A DNA stretch of 64,000 bases from Lentzea sp. (GTDB lineage Bacteria > Actinomycetota > Actinomycetes > Mycobacteriales > Pseudonocardiaceae). A program made the position numbers and the translations under genes. How positions within the stretch are numbered: position 1 is the stretch's first letter; the number at the start of each line of letters is the position of its first letter. Under the pieces are notes generated by a model, which ran no database searches, had not been told where the DNA came from, and saw only the letters and a list, made by a program, of their open reading frames with translations. The DNA lies in assembly GCF_036380075.1 (NCBI RefSeq), contig NZ_DASVFL010000067.1, positions 27,676 to 91,675 on the forward strand, in the 5' to 3' direction. Positions 18,172 through 26,852 of the stretch are shown one piece after another.

Positions 18172-19887
18172 ATGAGTTCGTTCAGACGGCTTTCCGTTCT
18201 GGCGATCACCGCCGCCGCGGCCACTGTCATCAGCGCTACCGGGCCTGCCCAGGCCGATGTCCAGTCACTGCGCGGTCGGGGCACGGTTGACGTGCGCCTG
18301 ATCGGCATCAACGACCTCCACGGCAACATCGAGCCGCCGACCGGGTCTTCCGGACGCGTCATCCTGCCGGACGGCACGACCGTCGACGCCGGTGGCGCCG
18401 CCTACAACGCGACGCACATCAAGAACCTCCAGAAGGAGGTCAAGAACTCCGTCATCGTCGGGCAGGGCGACCTGATCGGCGCGAGTCCGATCGTGTCCGC
18501 GCTGTTCCACGACGAGCCGACGATCGACGTGCTCAACAAGGTCGGTCTCGACGCGACCGCGGCGGGCAACCACGAGTTCGACGAGGGCTACAAGGAGCTC
18601 CTGCGCATCCAGCGCGGCGGGTGCCACCCGGTCGACGGGTGCCAGTTCAACGACAAGTACAAGGGCGCGAACTTCCCGATCCTCGGCGCGAACGTCACGC
18701 ACGCCAAGACCGGGCTGCCCGCCCTGCCGCCGTTCTGGGTGGAGATCCGCGACGGCATCCCGATCGGCTTCATCGGCATGCCGCTCAAGGACGTGCCGAT
18801 CCTGGTCGACCCGAACGGCATCAAGGAGCTCCAGTTCGGTGACGAGGTGAAGGCGGCCAACAAGTACGCCAACCTCCTCGACGCCATCGGCGTGAAGTCG
18901 ATCGTGCTGCTCGTGCACCAGGGCGACCAGGTCACCTCCACCGGTGGCGGCCCCAACGCGTGCAACGTCGCCGCGAACAACCCCGGCAGCGTCATCGCCA
19001 CGCAGGTCAGCCCGAAGATCGACGCGGTCTTCTCCGGCCACAGCCACCAGCACTACAACTGCGTGGTCAAGGACCCGGCGGGCAACCCGCGCCCGTTCAT
19101 CGAGGGCCTCGCCTTCGGGCGTGAGCTCAGCGTCGTCGACCTGAAGATCGACCGCCGCACGCGCGACGTCATCCGCGGCGAGACCAAGGCCGACAACAAG
19201 ATCGTCACCCGCACGGTCACCCCGGACCCGGCCATCCAGGCCGTGATCGACCTGGCCAAGACGAAGTCCGCCCCGATCGCCAACAAGCAGGTCGGCACGA
19301 TCAGCGCGGACATCCTCAAGGTGCAGAACACCGCCGGCGAGTCGCAGCTCGGCAACCTGATCGCGGACTCGCAGCTCGCGGCCACCTCCGGCAACGGCGC
19401 GGTGCTCGCGCTGATGAACCCCGGTGGCGTGCGCGCCGACCTCACCTACGCCAGCTCGCCCGCGGGCGAGGGCAACGGCGTGGTCACCTACGGCGAGGCG
19501 TTCACCGTGCAGCCGTTCGGCAACATCCTGCAGACGGTCACGCTGACCGGCACGAACATCAAGGCCGTGCTGGAGCAGCAGTTCACCGCGGCGAGGCAGT
19601 TCGTCCTGCAGCCGTCGTCCGGCCTGAAGTACACCTGGTCGGCGTCCGCGCCGTTCGGGTCGAAGGTCTCGAACGTCACGCTCAACGGCGCTCCGCTCGA
19701 CCCGAACGCGAGCTACCGCGTGACGATCAACAGCTTCCTCCAGGGCGGTGGTGACGGCTTCAGCGAGTTCACCAAGGGCACCGCCATCACCGGTGGCGGC
19801 ATCGACCTGGACGCGTTCTCCGCCTACCTGACGGCGCACCCGAACCAGGCACCGCCGGCGCTCGACCGCATCACGCAGACCCCGTAA
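18172..19887 (+). CDS. Secreted bifunctional metallophosphatase/5'-nucleotidase
   Basis: Signal peptide; INDLHGN, GDLIGASP, GNHEFD, SGHSH, NPGGVRA, QPFGN. Confidence 0.95.
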   Translation: MSSFRRLSVLAITAAAATVISATGPAQADVQSLRGRGTVDVRLIGINDLHGNIEPPTGSSGRVILPDGTTVDAGGAAYNATHIKNLQKEVKNSVIVGQGDLIGASPIVSALFHDEPTIDVLNKVGLDATAAGNHEFDEGYKELLRIQRGGCHPVDGCQFNDKYKGANFPILGANVTHAKTGLPALPPFWVEIRDGIPIGFIGMPLKDVPILVDPNGIKELQFGDEVKAANKYANLLDAIGVKSIVLLVHQGDQVTSTGGGPNACNVAANNPGSVIATQVSPKIDAVFSGHSHQHYNCVVKDPAGNPRPFIEGLAFGRELSVVDLKIDRRTRDVIRGETKADNKIVTRTVTPDPAIQAVIDLAKTKSAPIANKQVGTISADILKVQNTAGESQLGNLIADSQLAATSGNGAVLALMNPGGVRADLTYASSPAGEGNGVVTYGEAFTVQPFGNILQTVTLTGTNIKAVLEQQFTAARQFVLQPSSGLKYTWSASAPFGSKVSNVTLNGAPLDPNASYRVTINSFLQGGGDGFSEFTKGTAITGGGIDLDAFSAYLTAHPNQAPPALDRITQTP

Positions 19888-19900
19888 CCACGGGCCGCGC

Positions 19901-19944
19901 GAGAAGGCCGCCCTAGCGACGAGAGTCGCCGGGGCGGCCTTCTC
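19901..19944 (+). terminator. Intrinsic terminator
   Basis: GAGAAGGCCGCCC...GGGCGGCCTTCTC outer stem with inner GCGAC-GAGA-GTCGC. Confidence 0.75.
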
Positions 19945-19983
19945 ACGTGTCCGGTTGCTCCATTTGATCTAGGGTGAGGGCCG

Positions 19984-20550
19984 ATGTCGTGGTTGCGTCG
20001 GCTCCTGCTGCTCGCCGGTCTGGTGACCGGTGCCTGGCTGCTGGGCGGCGCCGGCCAGGCGCACGCCGACGTCCGCGTCGAGATCGACCAGCTCACGATC
20101 GAGGTCGAGCTCCCGGTCGCCGACGTGGAGGTGCTGGTCGAGACCGGACTCGCCCCGCCACCACCGGAGGCGCCCGTCCCGCCGGAGCCGGACCCGCGCA
20201 CCGACGTCCCCGAACCACCTCGCGAACCACCGGCCGTCGAAGCGCCCGTGCACGTCGAAGTGCCGGCCGAACCGCTTCCCACCCCACCTCCGCCGGTCGC
20301 GAGCGACCCGATGAGTCCCGTTTCGCCGCAGCAGCCGCAGTCCCCACCGCACTCGCGGGCGGAGCAGCCGGTCACCGGCACGCTCCCACAGAGCGGCGCC
20401 GGGGCAACGGCGAGCGGCACGCAGATGCCGATGGGCACGCTGCCGCACGCCATGTGGCCGCCCACCACCACGACGTCGCTCGTCAGCACCGAACGGCACG
20501 ACGCACCGCACACCGTGCGCGCCGAGGAACCGACGTTCTCCCCCGACTGA
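19984..20550 (+). CDS. Secreted Pro-rich hypothetical protein
   Basis: Signal peptide (WLLGGAGQAHA), Pro/Glu-rich middle, ends AEEPTFSPD; ATG 8 nt after TAGGGT. Confidence 0.7.
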   Translation: MSWLRRLLLLAGLVTGAWLLGGAGQAHADVRVEIDQLTIEVELPVADVEVLVETGLAPPPPEAPVPPEPDPRTDVPEPPREPPAVEAPVHVEVPAEPLPTPPPPVASDPMSPVSPQQPQSPPHSRAEQPVTGTLPQSGAGATASGTQMPMGTLPHAMWPPTTTTSLVSTERHDAPHTVRAEEPTFSPD

Positions 20551-20601
20551 TCCCCGCACGCGCTCAGGGATCCGTCACTTCACGCGTCAGGGAGAACAGT
20601 C

Positions 20602-21396
20602 ATGCGCAAGAACCTCAACCGGACCATGTCCGCGGCCCTGCTGACCGGCGGCATCCTCGTCGCCACCGCCGGGTGGGCCCAGGCCGTCCCGGTGCCGGTG
20701 GACGTCGACGACGAGGTCCGCGTCGGCAACCTCGTGAGCGTCCCGGTCAGGATCTGCGGTAACGCGGTCAACGTCCTGGGCACCGGCGACGCCACGTGCG
20801 AGGAGCGGCCCGCCGCGCGCGTCCAGGCCGACAAGGCGCTCGTCTCCGCGCCCGTCACGGTGTGCGGCAACGCGGTCGGCGTCGCCGGCGGCGGCTCCGG
20901 CAGCTGCGGCGAGACCAGGCCCGAGCAGGCGAACGGCGCGGTCGAGGCGCCGATCACCGTCTGCGGCACCAGCGCGGCCGTGCTCGGCACCGCGAGCGGC
21001 GACTGCGGCAAGACCGGCGAGCCGGGACCGGAGCAGCCCGAGCAGCCCCAGCCCGAGCAGCCGGAGCAGCCCCAGCCCGGGCAGCCCCAGCCCGGACAGC
21101 CCCAGCCGGAGCAGCCGGGCGGCCAGAATCCCGGCGGTGGCAACGACAACGGCGGCAACGGCGGCGGGAACAACACGGGCGGCAGCGACAACGGCGGCGA
21201 CGCCGGCGACGACTCGGGCGCCGGCACCCCGCAGACCGGGGACAAGGCGTCGCAGCGGGTGGCCGAGAAGGCGGTCGCGATCCCGTCGTTGTCGAGGACC
21301 GGCGCGGATCCGCTGGAGTTCCTGCTGGCCGGTCTCGGCCTGATCACCGCGGGATTGTTGACCCGTCGCGGTGCGCGCGGCAGGACCAGCGAATAA
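20602..21396 (+). CDS. Long chaplin-like protein (three DUF320-like repeats, sortase signal)
   Basis: VPVRICGNAVNVLG, APVTVCGNAVGVAG, APITVCGTSAAVLG; PEQ/PGQ repeats; LSRTG + TM helix + basic tail. Confidence 0.8.
   Translation: MRKNLNRTMSAALLTGGILVATAGWAQAVPVPVDVDDEVRVGNLVSVPVRICGNAVNVLGTGDATCEERPAARVQADKALVSAPVTVCGNAVGVAGGGSGSCGETRPEQANGAVEAPITVCGTSAAVLGTASGDCGKTGEPGPEQPEQPQPEQPEQPQPGQPQPGQPQPEQPGGQNPGGGNDNGGNGGGNNTGGSDNGGDAGDDSGAGTPQTGDKASQRVAEKAVAIPSLSRTGADPLEFLLAGLGLITAGLLTRRGARGRTSE
21043..21120 (+). repeat. In-frame tandem PEQPQ/PGQPQ repeats
   Basis: EQPQPEQPEQPQPGQPQPGQPQPEQPG, encoded by near-repeats of CAGCCCCAGCCC/CCGGAGCAG. Confidence 0.75.
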
Positions 21397-21418
21397 TCGT
21401 TTTCTGATGATTTTTCAC

Positions 21419-21452
21419 AATCGCCCGGTGAGCACCAGCTCACCGGGCGATT
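21419..21452 (+). terminator. Intrinsic terminator after the chaplin-like gene
   Basis: AATCGCCCGGTGAGC-ACCA-GCTCACCGGGCGATT, perfect 15-bp stem. Confidence 0.8.
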
Positions 21453-21967
21453 GCTGTCCGCACAGTCGATCTCCGCAGGTCACCCGGTTGTACTTCACCA
21501 ATTCAGGTTTGGCGTGAGGTGTTGTGAAGTGCGGCGATCAAGCGCATGCTGAATGACGAGCTGGCAACCGGACGGTGAAATGAACCAGACCACCGGAGGC
21601 CACGCCCAGAAGGGGTAGGTGGTGCTGTGCAGGTATCTCCTCGCTGTGGCGAAACGCGGTTTGTCGCATCCCCGCGAGCGGACTGGACGTGACCGGTCCG
21701 GTCGCGACCGAGTAGCGGCGGACACGGGGTTTCGGGTGCCCAGGCGCCATCGGGCGTCGCTCGGCGCACTTCGACGCTGTTGAGCTCGGCATCGCTGACG
21801 TCTCATGGCGTCACCGGCCGAGCGCCACGCCAACCTCCGTGGGCCGTAGTCGTCACGACCAAATGGGAAAGCCTTGGTGCGGTGCCCCGACGTCGGGCTC
21901 CGCACCAAGGCATGTTTCGTGCTTTATCGTTTGCGGCACCCATGGGGTCCTTAACAGGAGGATTGCG

Positions 21968-22864
21968 GTGCAGTTCAACGAAGGCGCGGATCTCGATCTT
22001 TCTCAGGTTTCGGACCAGCGGGGCGTCGGCGGACGCGTCGCCGGCGTCGGCGGCGGCCTCGGCGTGGTCGGCCTGATCATCTACTTCCTGGTGCAGCAGT
22101 TCACGGGCATCCAGCTGCCCACGAGCGGGCTGGAGGGCATGGGGAACAACACCCAGGTCGAGTCGAGCCAGCTGGCCGAGAAGTGCAAGACCGGCGCCGA
22201 CGCGAACCGCGACGGCGACTGCCGGATCGTCGCCACGATCAACTCGATCCAGGCGTACTGGAAGGACCAGTTCGCCCGCTCCGGCAACACCTACCAGGTC
22301 ACCAAGACCAACTTCTTCCGCAACAGCGTCAACACCCGCTGCGGCAACGCGACCTCCGCGACCGGCCCGTTCTACTGCCCCGCGGACTCGCAGGTGTACA
22401 TCGACCTCGACTTCTTCAACGAGCTGCGCACCAAGTTCGGTGCGACCGGCGGCCCGTTCGTCGAGGCCTACGTGCTGGCGCACGAGTACGGCCACCACGT
22501 GCAGAACCAGCTCGGCACCTCGGACAGGGTCGGCAGGGAGACCGGTCCGACCTCGGGCTCGGTGCGCCTCGAACTGCAGGCCGACTGCTACGCGGGCGCG
22601 TGGGGCAAGGCCGCGACGACGACCCCCGCGGCCAACGGCCAGCCGCTGATCACGAACATCACGCAGGAGGACATCGCCGCTGCCCTGGACGCGGCGTCCC
22701 GCATCGGTGACGACTTCATCCAGAGCGAGCTCGGTGGCGGGCGCGTGGACACGACCCAGTTCAGCCACGGCAGCTCGGCGCAGCGGCAGAAGTGGTTCAA
22801 CACCGGTCTGCAGACCGGTGACCCGGCGCGCTGCAACACGTTCGACACGAACAACCTGGGCTGA
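21968..22864 (+). CDS. Neutral zinc metallopeptidase (YpfJ-like)
   Basis: GTG after AGGAGGA; GPFYCPAD, YVLAHEYGHHVQ (HExxH), ELQADCYAG, FSHGSSAQR. Confidence 0.93.
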   Translation: MQFNEGADLDLSQVSDQRGVGGRVAGVGGGLGVVGLIIYFLVQQFTGIQLPTSGLEGMGNNTQVESSQLAEKCKTGADANRDGDCRIVATINSIQAYWKDQFARSGNTYQVTKTNFFRNSVNTRCGNATSATGPFYCPADSQVYIDLDFFNELRTKFGATGGPFVEAYVLAHEYGHHVQNQLGTSDRVGRETGPTSGSVRLELQADCYAGAWGKAATTTPAANGQPLITNITQEDIAAALDAASRIGDDFIQSELGGGRVDTTQFSHGSSAQRQKWFNTGLQTGDPARCNTFDTNNLG

Positions 22865-22909
22865 CGGGTCGACCGGCCGAAATTGTCAGACCTGTCTGGA
22901 AAAATGAAA

Positions 22910-22938
22910 GCAGGGGTCCCCTTGGCGGGGGACCCCTG
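22910..22938. terminator. Bidirectional terminator between convergent peptidase genes
   Basis: GCAGGGGTCCCC-TTGGC-GGGGACCCCTGC. Confidence 0.75.
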
Positions 22939-22969
22939 CGTCAGCTAGAGCTGCTTACGAGACGGCTGC

Positions 22970-24481
22970 TTACGAGACGGCCGCGTGCGAGTGCTCGCCC
23001 ACGTGCGCGGCCTTCGACAGCGCCACCGACGAACGGGCCTCCGCGCGCTTCGAACGCGGCGGCACGCCGTTGACGTCCTCGGTCGAGACGCCGTAGGCGG
23101 CGGTCACGAACGCGATGGCGCCCGCGTTGCGGCCCAGGGCAGTGCGGTCGATGTTGCCGAGGTTGTCGCACTTCGAGTGGTAGCACGGGTCGTAGGCGAC
23201 ACCGGCCGTGCCGCCCCACTTCGCCGCCTGCGCCGCGGTCTTCACGCCCTCGGCGCCGGTGAACAGGCCACCGGCCGGGATGCCCTGCGCGATGAACTCG
23301 CCGTAGTCCGAACGACCCGAGAAGTCGGTGCCCTCGGTCGGGACGCCCTTGGCGGCGAAGTAGTCGGCGAAGGCCTTCTCGATCTGGGCCGAGCCGTACG
23401 GGCCCGCGCCCGCGCCGACCTTGTCCGAGTCGTCGCCGTCGTAGATGAAGTACGCGGCGTTCGGGGAGCCGACCATGTCGAAGTTCAGGTACAGCGCGAT
23501 GTCCAGCTGCTGTTCGAACGTCAGCGACCGGACGTACTCCGTCGAGCCGATCAGGCCGCGCTCCTCCGCGCCCCACCAGGCGAACCGGATCGCGTTGTCG
23601 ACCTTCGGGCTGGAACCGAGCTGCAGCGCGGTCTCCAGCAGGCTGGCCGAGCCGGAGCCGTTGTCGTTGATGCCGGGGCCGACCTCGACGCTGTCGAGGT
23701 GCGAGCCCGCCATCACGACGTTGTTCGTACGGCCCGTGCGGGTCTGCGCGACGACGTTGCGCTGGGTGCGGGTCTCGGTGTGGAAGCGGACGTCCACGGT
23801 GATCGCGGAACCCGCCTTGCCGGCGAGCGCGGTGCCGTCGGCCTGGGAGACGCCGGCGACCGGGATCTTGCCGGGGTTGGTCAGCGTCACGTTGGACAGC
23901 GGGCCGGCGGTGTTGTTCGAGACCAGCACGGCGATGGCACCCGCGGCGAACGCGTTGAGGTGCTTCTGCTCGAACGTGCAGCCGCCGCGGCGGATCATGG
24001 CGACGGTGCCGGTGAAGTCCTGGCCGGCGAAGTCGGTGGCCTCGCAGCCCGTGGTGGCGTCCTCGGGGACGACGCGCAACGGGCCCGTCACGCCGCCGGC
24101 CGGGGTCTGCGGCGACTCGTTGAGGATCAACGCCTGGTAGGTCGTGCCGTCGACGCGGGCGATCTCGGCGTCGGTCACCGCGACGTCGAAGTCGAACGTC
24201 GGCGTGGACACGATGAAGCCCTCGTCGCGGAGCTTGCCCGCCACGTAGTCGACGCTCGCGTCGTAGCCGGGGGTCAGGGCGGCGCGGTTGCCGCCGTTGC
24301 GGTCGGCGAGGCGCTGGAACGCGATCAGGTGCCGGTTGACGCCCTCGACGGTGACCTTCTTGGCGAGCTTCTTGGCGAGGGCGGGGCCGGCTGGTTCAGC
24401 CGCGGCGGACGCGGTGGCGGTAGGGGCGGCGACTAGTGCCGAGATGGCAAGCACAGCCGCCAGCTTGGTTCTGCCGGACAT
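22970..24481 (-). CDS. Secreted M28 aminopeptidase with PA domain
   Basis: Signal peptide; GSHLDSV..GPGINDNGSG, WWGAEERGLIGS, LNFDM, RSDY, DPCYH; PA insert IRRGGCTF. Confidence 0.93.
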   Translation of the reverse strand: MSGRTKLAAVLAISALVAAPTATASAAAEPAGPALAKKLAKKVTVEGVNRHLIAFQRLADRNGGNRAALTPGYDASVDYVAGKLRDEGFIVSTPTFDFDVAVTDAEIARVDGTTYQALILNESPQTPAGGVTGPLRVVPEDATTGCEATDFAGQDFTGTVAMIRRGGCTFEQKHLNAFAAGAIAVLVSNNTAGPLSNVTLTNPGKIPVAGVSQADGTALAGKAGSAITVDVRFHTETRTQRNVVAQTRTGRTNNVVMAGSHLDSVEVGPGINDNGSGSASLLETALQLGSSPKVDNAIRFAWWGAEERGLIGSTEYVRSLTFEQQLDIALYLNFDMVGSPNAAYFIYDGDDSDKVGAGAGPYGSAQIEKAFADYFAAKGVPTEGTDFSGRSDYGEFIAQGIPAGGLFTGAEGVKTAAQAAKWGGTAGVAYDPCYHSKCDNLGNIDRTALGRNAGAIAFVTAAYGVSTEDVNGVPPRSKRAEARSSVALSKAAHVGEHSHAAVS

Positions 24482-24561
24482 GTGAACGGTCCCCTTCGTT
24501 CGGAGTCGCTGAACCCTCACAAACAGGAGACCCAGGACACAATCCTTCGGTCGGCGGGATC

Positions 24562-25194
24562 TCACCTGGTGAGCAGGTCGACACTCTCCGCGAGCCCCTC
24601 GACGGCCACCTCCCAGTCCGGGCGCACGAAGTCGGCGGCGTCCAGGCGGAGTCGCACGTGCTCAAGGCGCTCGCCGCGGGGTGCGGCGGCCATCGTGCCG
24701 TCGTGGCGGTAGCCGAGCTTCTCGCTCACGCGGCTGGAGGACCGGTTGCCGAGCCAAGCCGCCGAACGGGCGATGGTCGCACCCAGGTGGTCGAACGCGA
24801 ACTGGAGGACGGCGACCCTCATCTCGGTGCCGATGCCGTCGCCCTGGAACCGCTGCCCGATCCACGAGCCGGTGCTCACCTCGCGCAGCGCGCCGAAGCT
24901 CTGCGCGGCGACCTCCTGCGTGCCGACGACCCTGCCGTCGCGCCGCGCCAGGAAGTTGATCTTCCAGTTGCCGGGTTCCACCTCGGAGCGCGCCCGCCAG
25001 AAGTGCTTGATCATGCCGAACCCGCCGTCGCCCGCGACCCAGTCCGTCCACGGCACCAGGAACGGCATCTCCGCCGGGTCGTGCACGCCGTCCTTCGCCA
25101 CGTCGACGAGCTCGAGCAGACCCTCGTCGTCGTCCGGGCGCAGCTCCAGGCGCGGGGTGCGGAGAACCAGGTGTCGCAGAGGCCAGGCGTCCAT
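24562..25194 (-). CDS. GNAT family acyltransferase (RimJ/RimL-like, Rv0802c type)
   Basis: LVLRTPRLELR, GVHDPAEMPF, TGSWIGQRFQGDGIGTEMR, SSRVSEKLGY. Confidence 0.9.
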   Translation of the reverse strand: MDAWPLRHLVLRTPRLELRPDDDEGLLELVDVAKDGVHDPAEMPFLVPWTDWVAGDGGFGMIKHFWRARSEVEPGNWKINFLARRDGRVVGTQEVAAQSFGALREVSTGSWIGQRFQGDGIGTEMRVAVLQFAFDHLGATIARSAAWLGNRSSSRVSEKLGYRHDGTMAAAPRGERLEHVRLRLDAADFVRPDWEVAVEGLAESVDLLTR

Positions 25195-25239
25195 GATCCG
25201 ATGGTGCCGGACGTGTCGAACGGTATTACGGTCGAACGC

Positions 25240-26205
25240 ATGCGTGCCATCACCGTTCGCGATCCCGGCGGCCCAGAGGTGCTCGAGTGGACGGAGGTCC
25301 CCGACCCCGTTCCCGGTCCCGGCGAGGTGCTGATCGACGTCGCCGCGTCCGCCGTCAACCGCGCGGACCTGTTGCAGCGCCAGGGTTTCTACCCGCCGCC
25401 GAAGGGCGCGTCGGACATCATCGGACTGGAGTGCTCCGGCACGATCGCCGAGCTCGGCGAGGGCGTCACGGGCTGGAACGTCGGCGACGAGGTGTGCGCC
25501 CTGCTCGCCGGCGGCGGTTACGCGGAGAAGGTCGTCGTGCCGGCGCCGCAGGTCCTCCCGCTGCCGCAGGGCGTCGACGTCGTCACGGCGGCCGCGCTGC
25601 CCGAGGTCGCCTGCACGGTGTGGTCGAACGTCGTGATGGACGGCCGGCTCAAGCTCGGTGAGACGTTCCTCGTGCACGGCGGCGCCGGCGGCATCGGCAC
25701 GCACGCCATCCAGGTCGCCAAGGCGCTCGGCGCGACGGTCGCGGCCACCGCGGGCTCCGACGAACGCCTCGCGAAGTGCGCGGAGCTCGGCGCGGACATC
25801 ACGGTCAACTACAAGACGCAGGACTTCGTGGCCGAGGTGAAGAGCGCCGACGTCGTGCTCGACAACATGGGCGCCGCCTACCTGCCCCGCAACATCGACG
25901 TGCTCGCCACCGACGGCCGGTTGATGATCATCGGCATGCAGGGCGGGGTGAACGGCGAGTTGCCGATCGGCAAGCTGCTCGCCAAGCGCGCCTCGGTGAT
26001 GGCGACCGGGCTGCGCGGCCGGTCGGTGGAGAACAAGGGCGCGATCGTCGCGCAGGTCCGCGAGCACCTGTGGCCGCTCGTCGAGAGCGGTGCCGTCAAG
26101 CCGATCGTCGGCGAGGTCGTGCCGATGTCCGACGCCGCTGCGGCCCATCGGTTGCTGGAGGCCAGCGACGTCTTCGGCAAGGTCCTGCTCAGGCGGGAAC
26201 GGTAG
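25240..26205 (+). CDS. NAD(P)H-quinone oxidoreductase (PIG3 family MDR)
   Basis: MRAITVRDPGGPEVL, VNRADLLQRQGFYPPP, VHGGAGGIG. Confidence 0.95.
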   Translation: MRAITVRDPGGPEVLEWTEVPDPVPGPGEVLIDVAASAVNRADLLQRQGFYPPPKGASDIIGLECSGTIAELGEGVTGWNVGDEVCALLAGGGYAEKVVVPAPQVLPLPQGVDVVTAAALPEVACTVWSNVVMDGRLKLGETFLVHGGAGGIGTHAIQVAKALGATVAATAGSDERLAKCAELGADITVNYKTQDFVAEVKSADVVLDNMGAAYLPRNIDVLATDGRLMIIGMQGGVNGELPIGKLLAKRASVMATGLRGRSVENKGAIVAQVREHLWPLVESGAVKPIVGEVVPMSDAAAAHRLLEASDVFGKVLLRRER

Positions 26206-26833
26206 AGGTGCCCAGCGCGGTCCGGGGAGCGGTGCGGAACTCCAGCCCGAACTCCTCGGACCAGCGCGCCAGCACGGCCTGCTCGTCGGGACGGTCGACG
26301 TCGTCGGCCAGCACGGTCGCGCCCGGCGCCAGCACGGCCCGCAGCACCGGCAGCGCGGGATAGCGCGAGTCGCCGAACCCCGGCCCGTCCACCAGCAGCA
26401 GGTCCACCAGCCCGAACCGGTCGACGTAGGCGAGCACCTCGTCGTGCACCTGCTGCGGCGCGTACCACTGGCCGTGCCGCGACAACGCCGCCGGATGCCG
26501 CGACAACGGCGCGTGCACCACGCGGGCGGTCGACCCGAGGCCCTCCCGGCGCAGCTGCGAGGCGACGAACGCGGCCATCCGCTCGTCGTGCTCGATCGAC
26601 AGCAGGTGCCCGAACCCGCGCTGCCGCAATAACCTCGCCAGCAGGACGGACGTGGAACCGCAGCCCAGCTCCACCAGGACCGTCCGCGCGCCGAGCACCA
26701 CCTCGTCCATCACGGCGACGAGGGCGGACGGGCGCAGGTCGCCGGAGAGCTGGGGCAGGTACTCGGTGTCGAGCGATCCGAGGCGCCGCAGGGCCGAGAG
26801 GTCAGCCAGCTCGCGGGCCAGCGAGTCGTCCAA
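26189..26833 (-). CDS. Class I SAM-dependent methyltransferase (Methyltransf_24-like)
   Basis: LVELGCGSTS, SIEHD, DLLLVDGP, RYPALP, LADDVDR; TTG start after GGGAG. Confidence 0.8.
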   Translation of the reverse strand: MDDSLARELADLSALRRLGSLDTEYLPQLSGDLRPSALVAVMDEVVLGARTVLVELGCGSTSVLLARLLRQRGFGHLLSIEHDERMAAFVASQLRREGLGSTARVVHAPLSRHPAALSRHGQWYAPQQVHDEVLAYVDRFGLVDLLLVDGPGFGDSRYPALPVLRAVLAPGATVLADDVDRPDEQAVLARWSEEFGLEFRTAPRTALGTSTVPA

Positions 26834-26852
26834 GCAAGAACTCCCAAGTCCC

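Noticed and set aside
21043-21120. Short nucleotide repeats that might suggest a CRISPR array or VNTR
   Set aside because: In-frame coding repeats of the chaplin-like linker with no unique spacers and no cas genes
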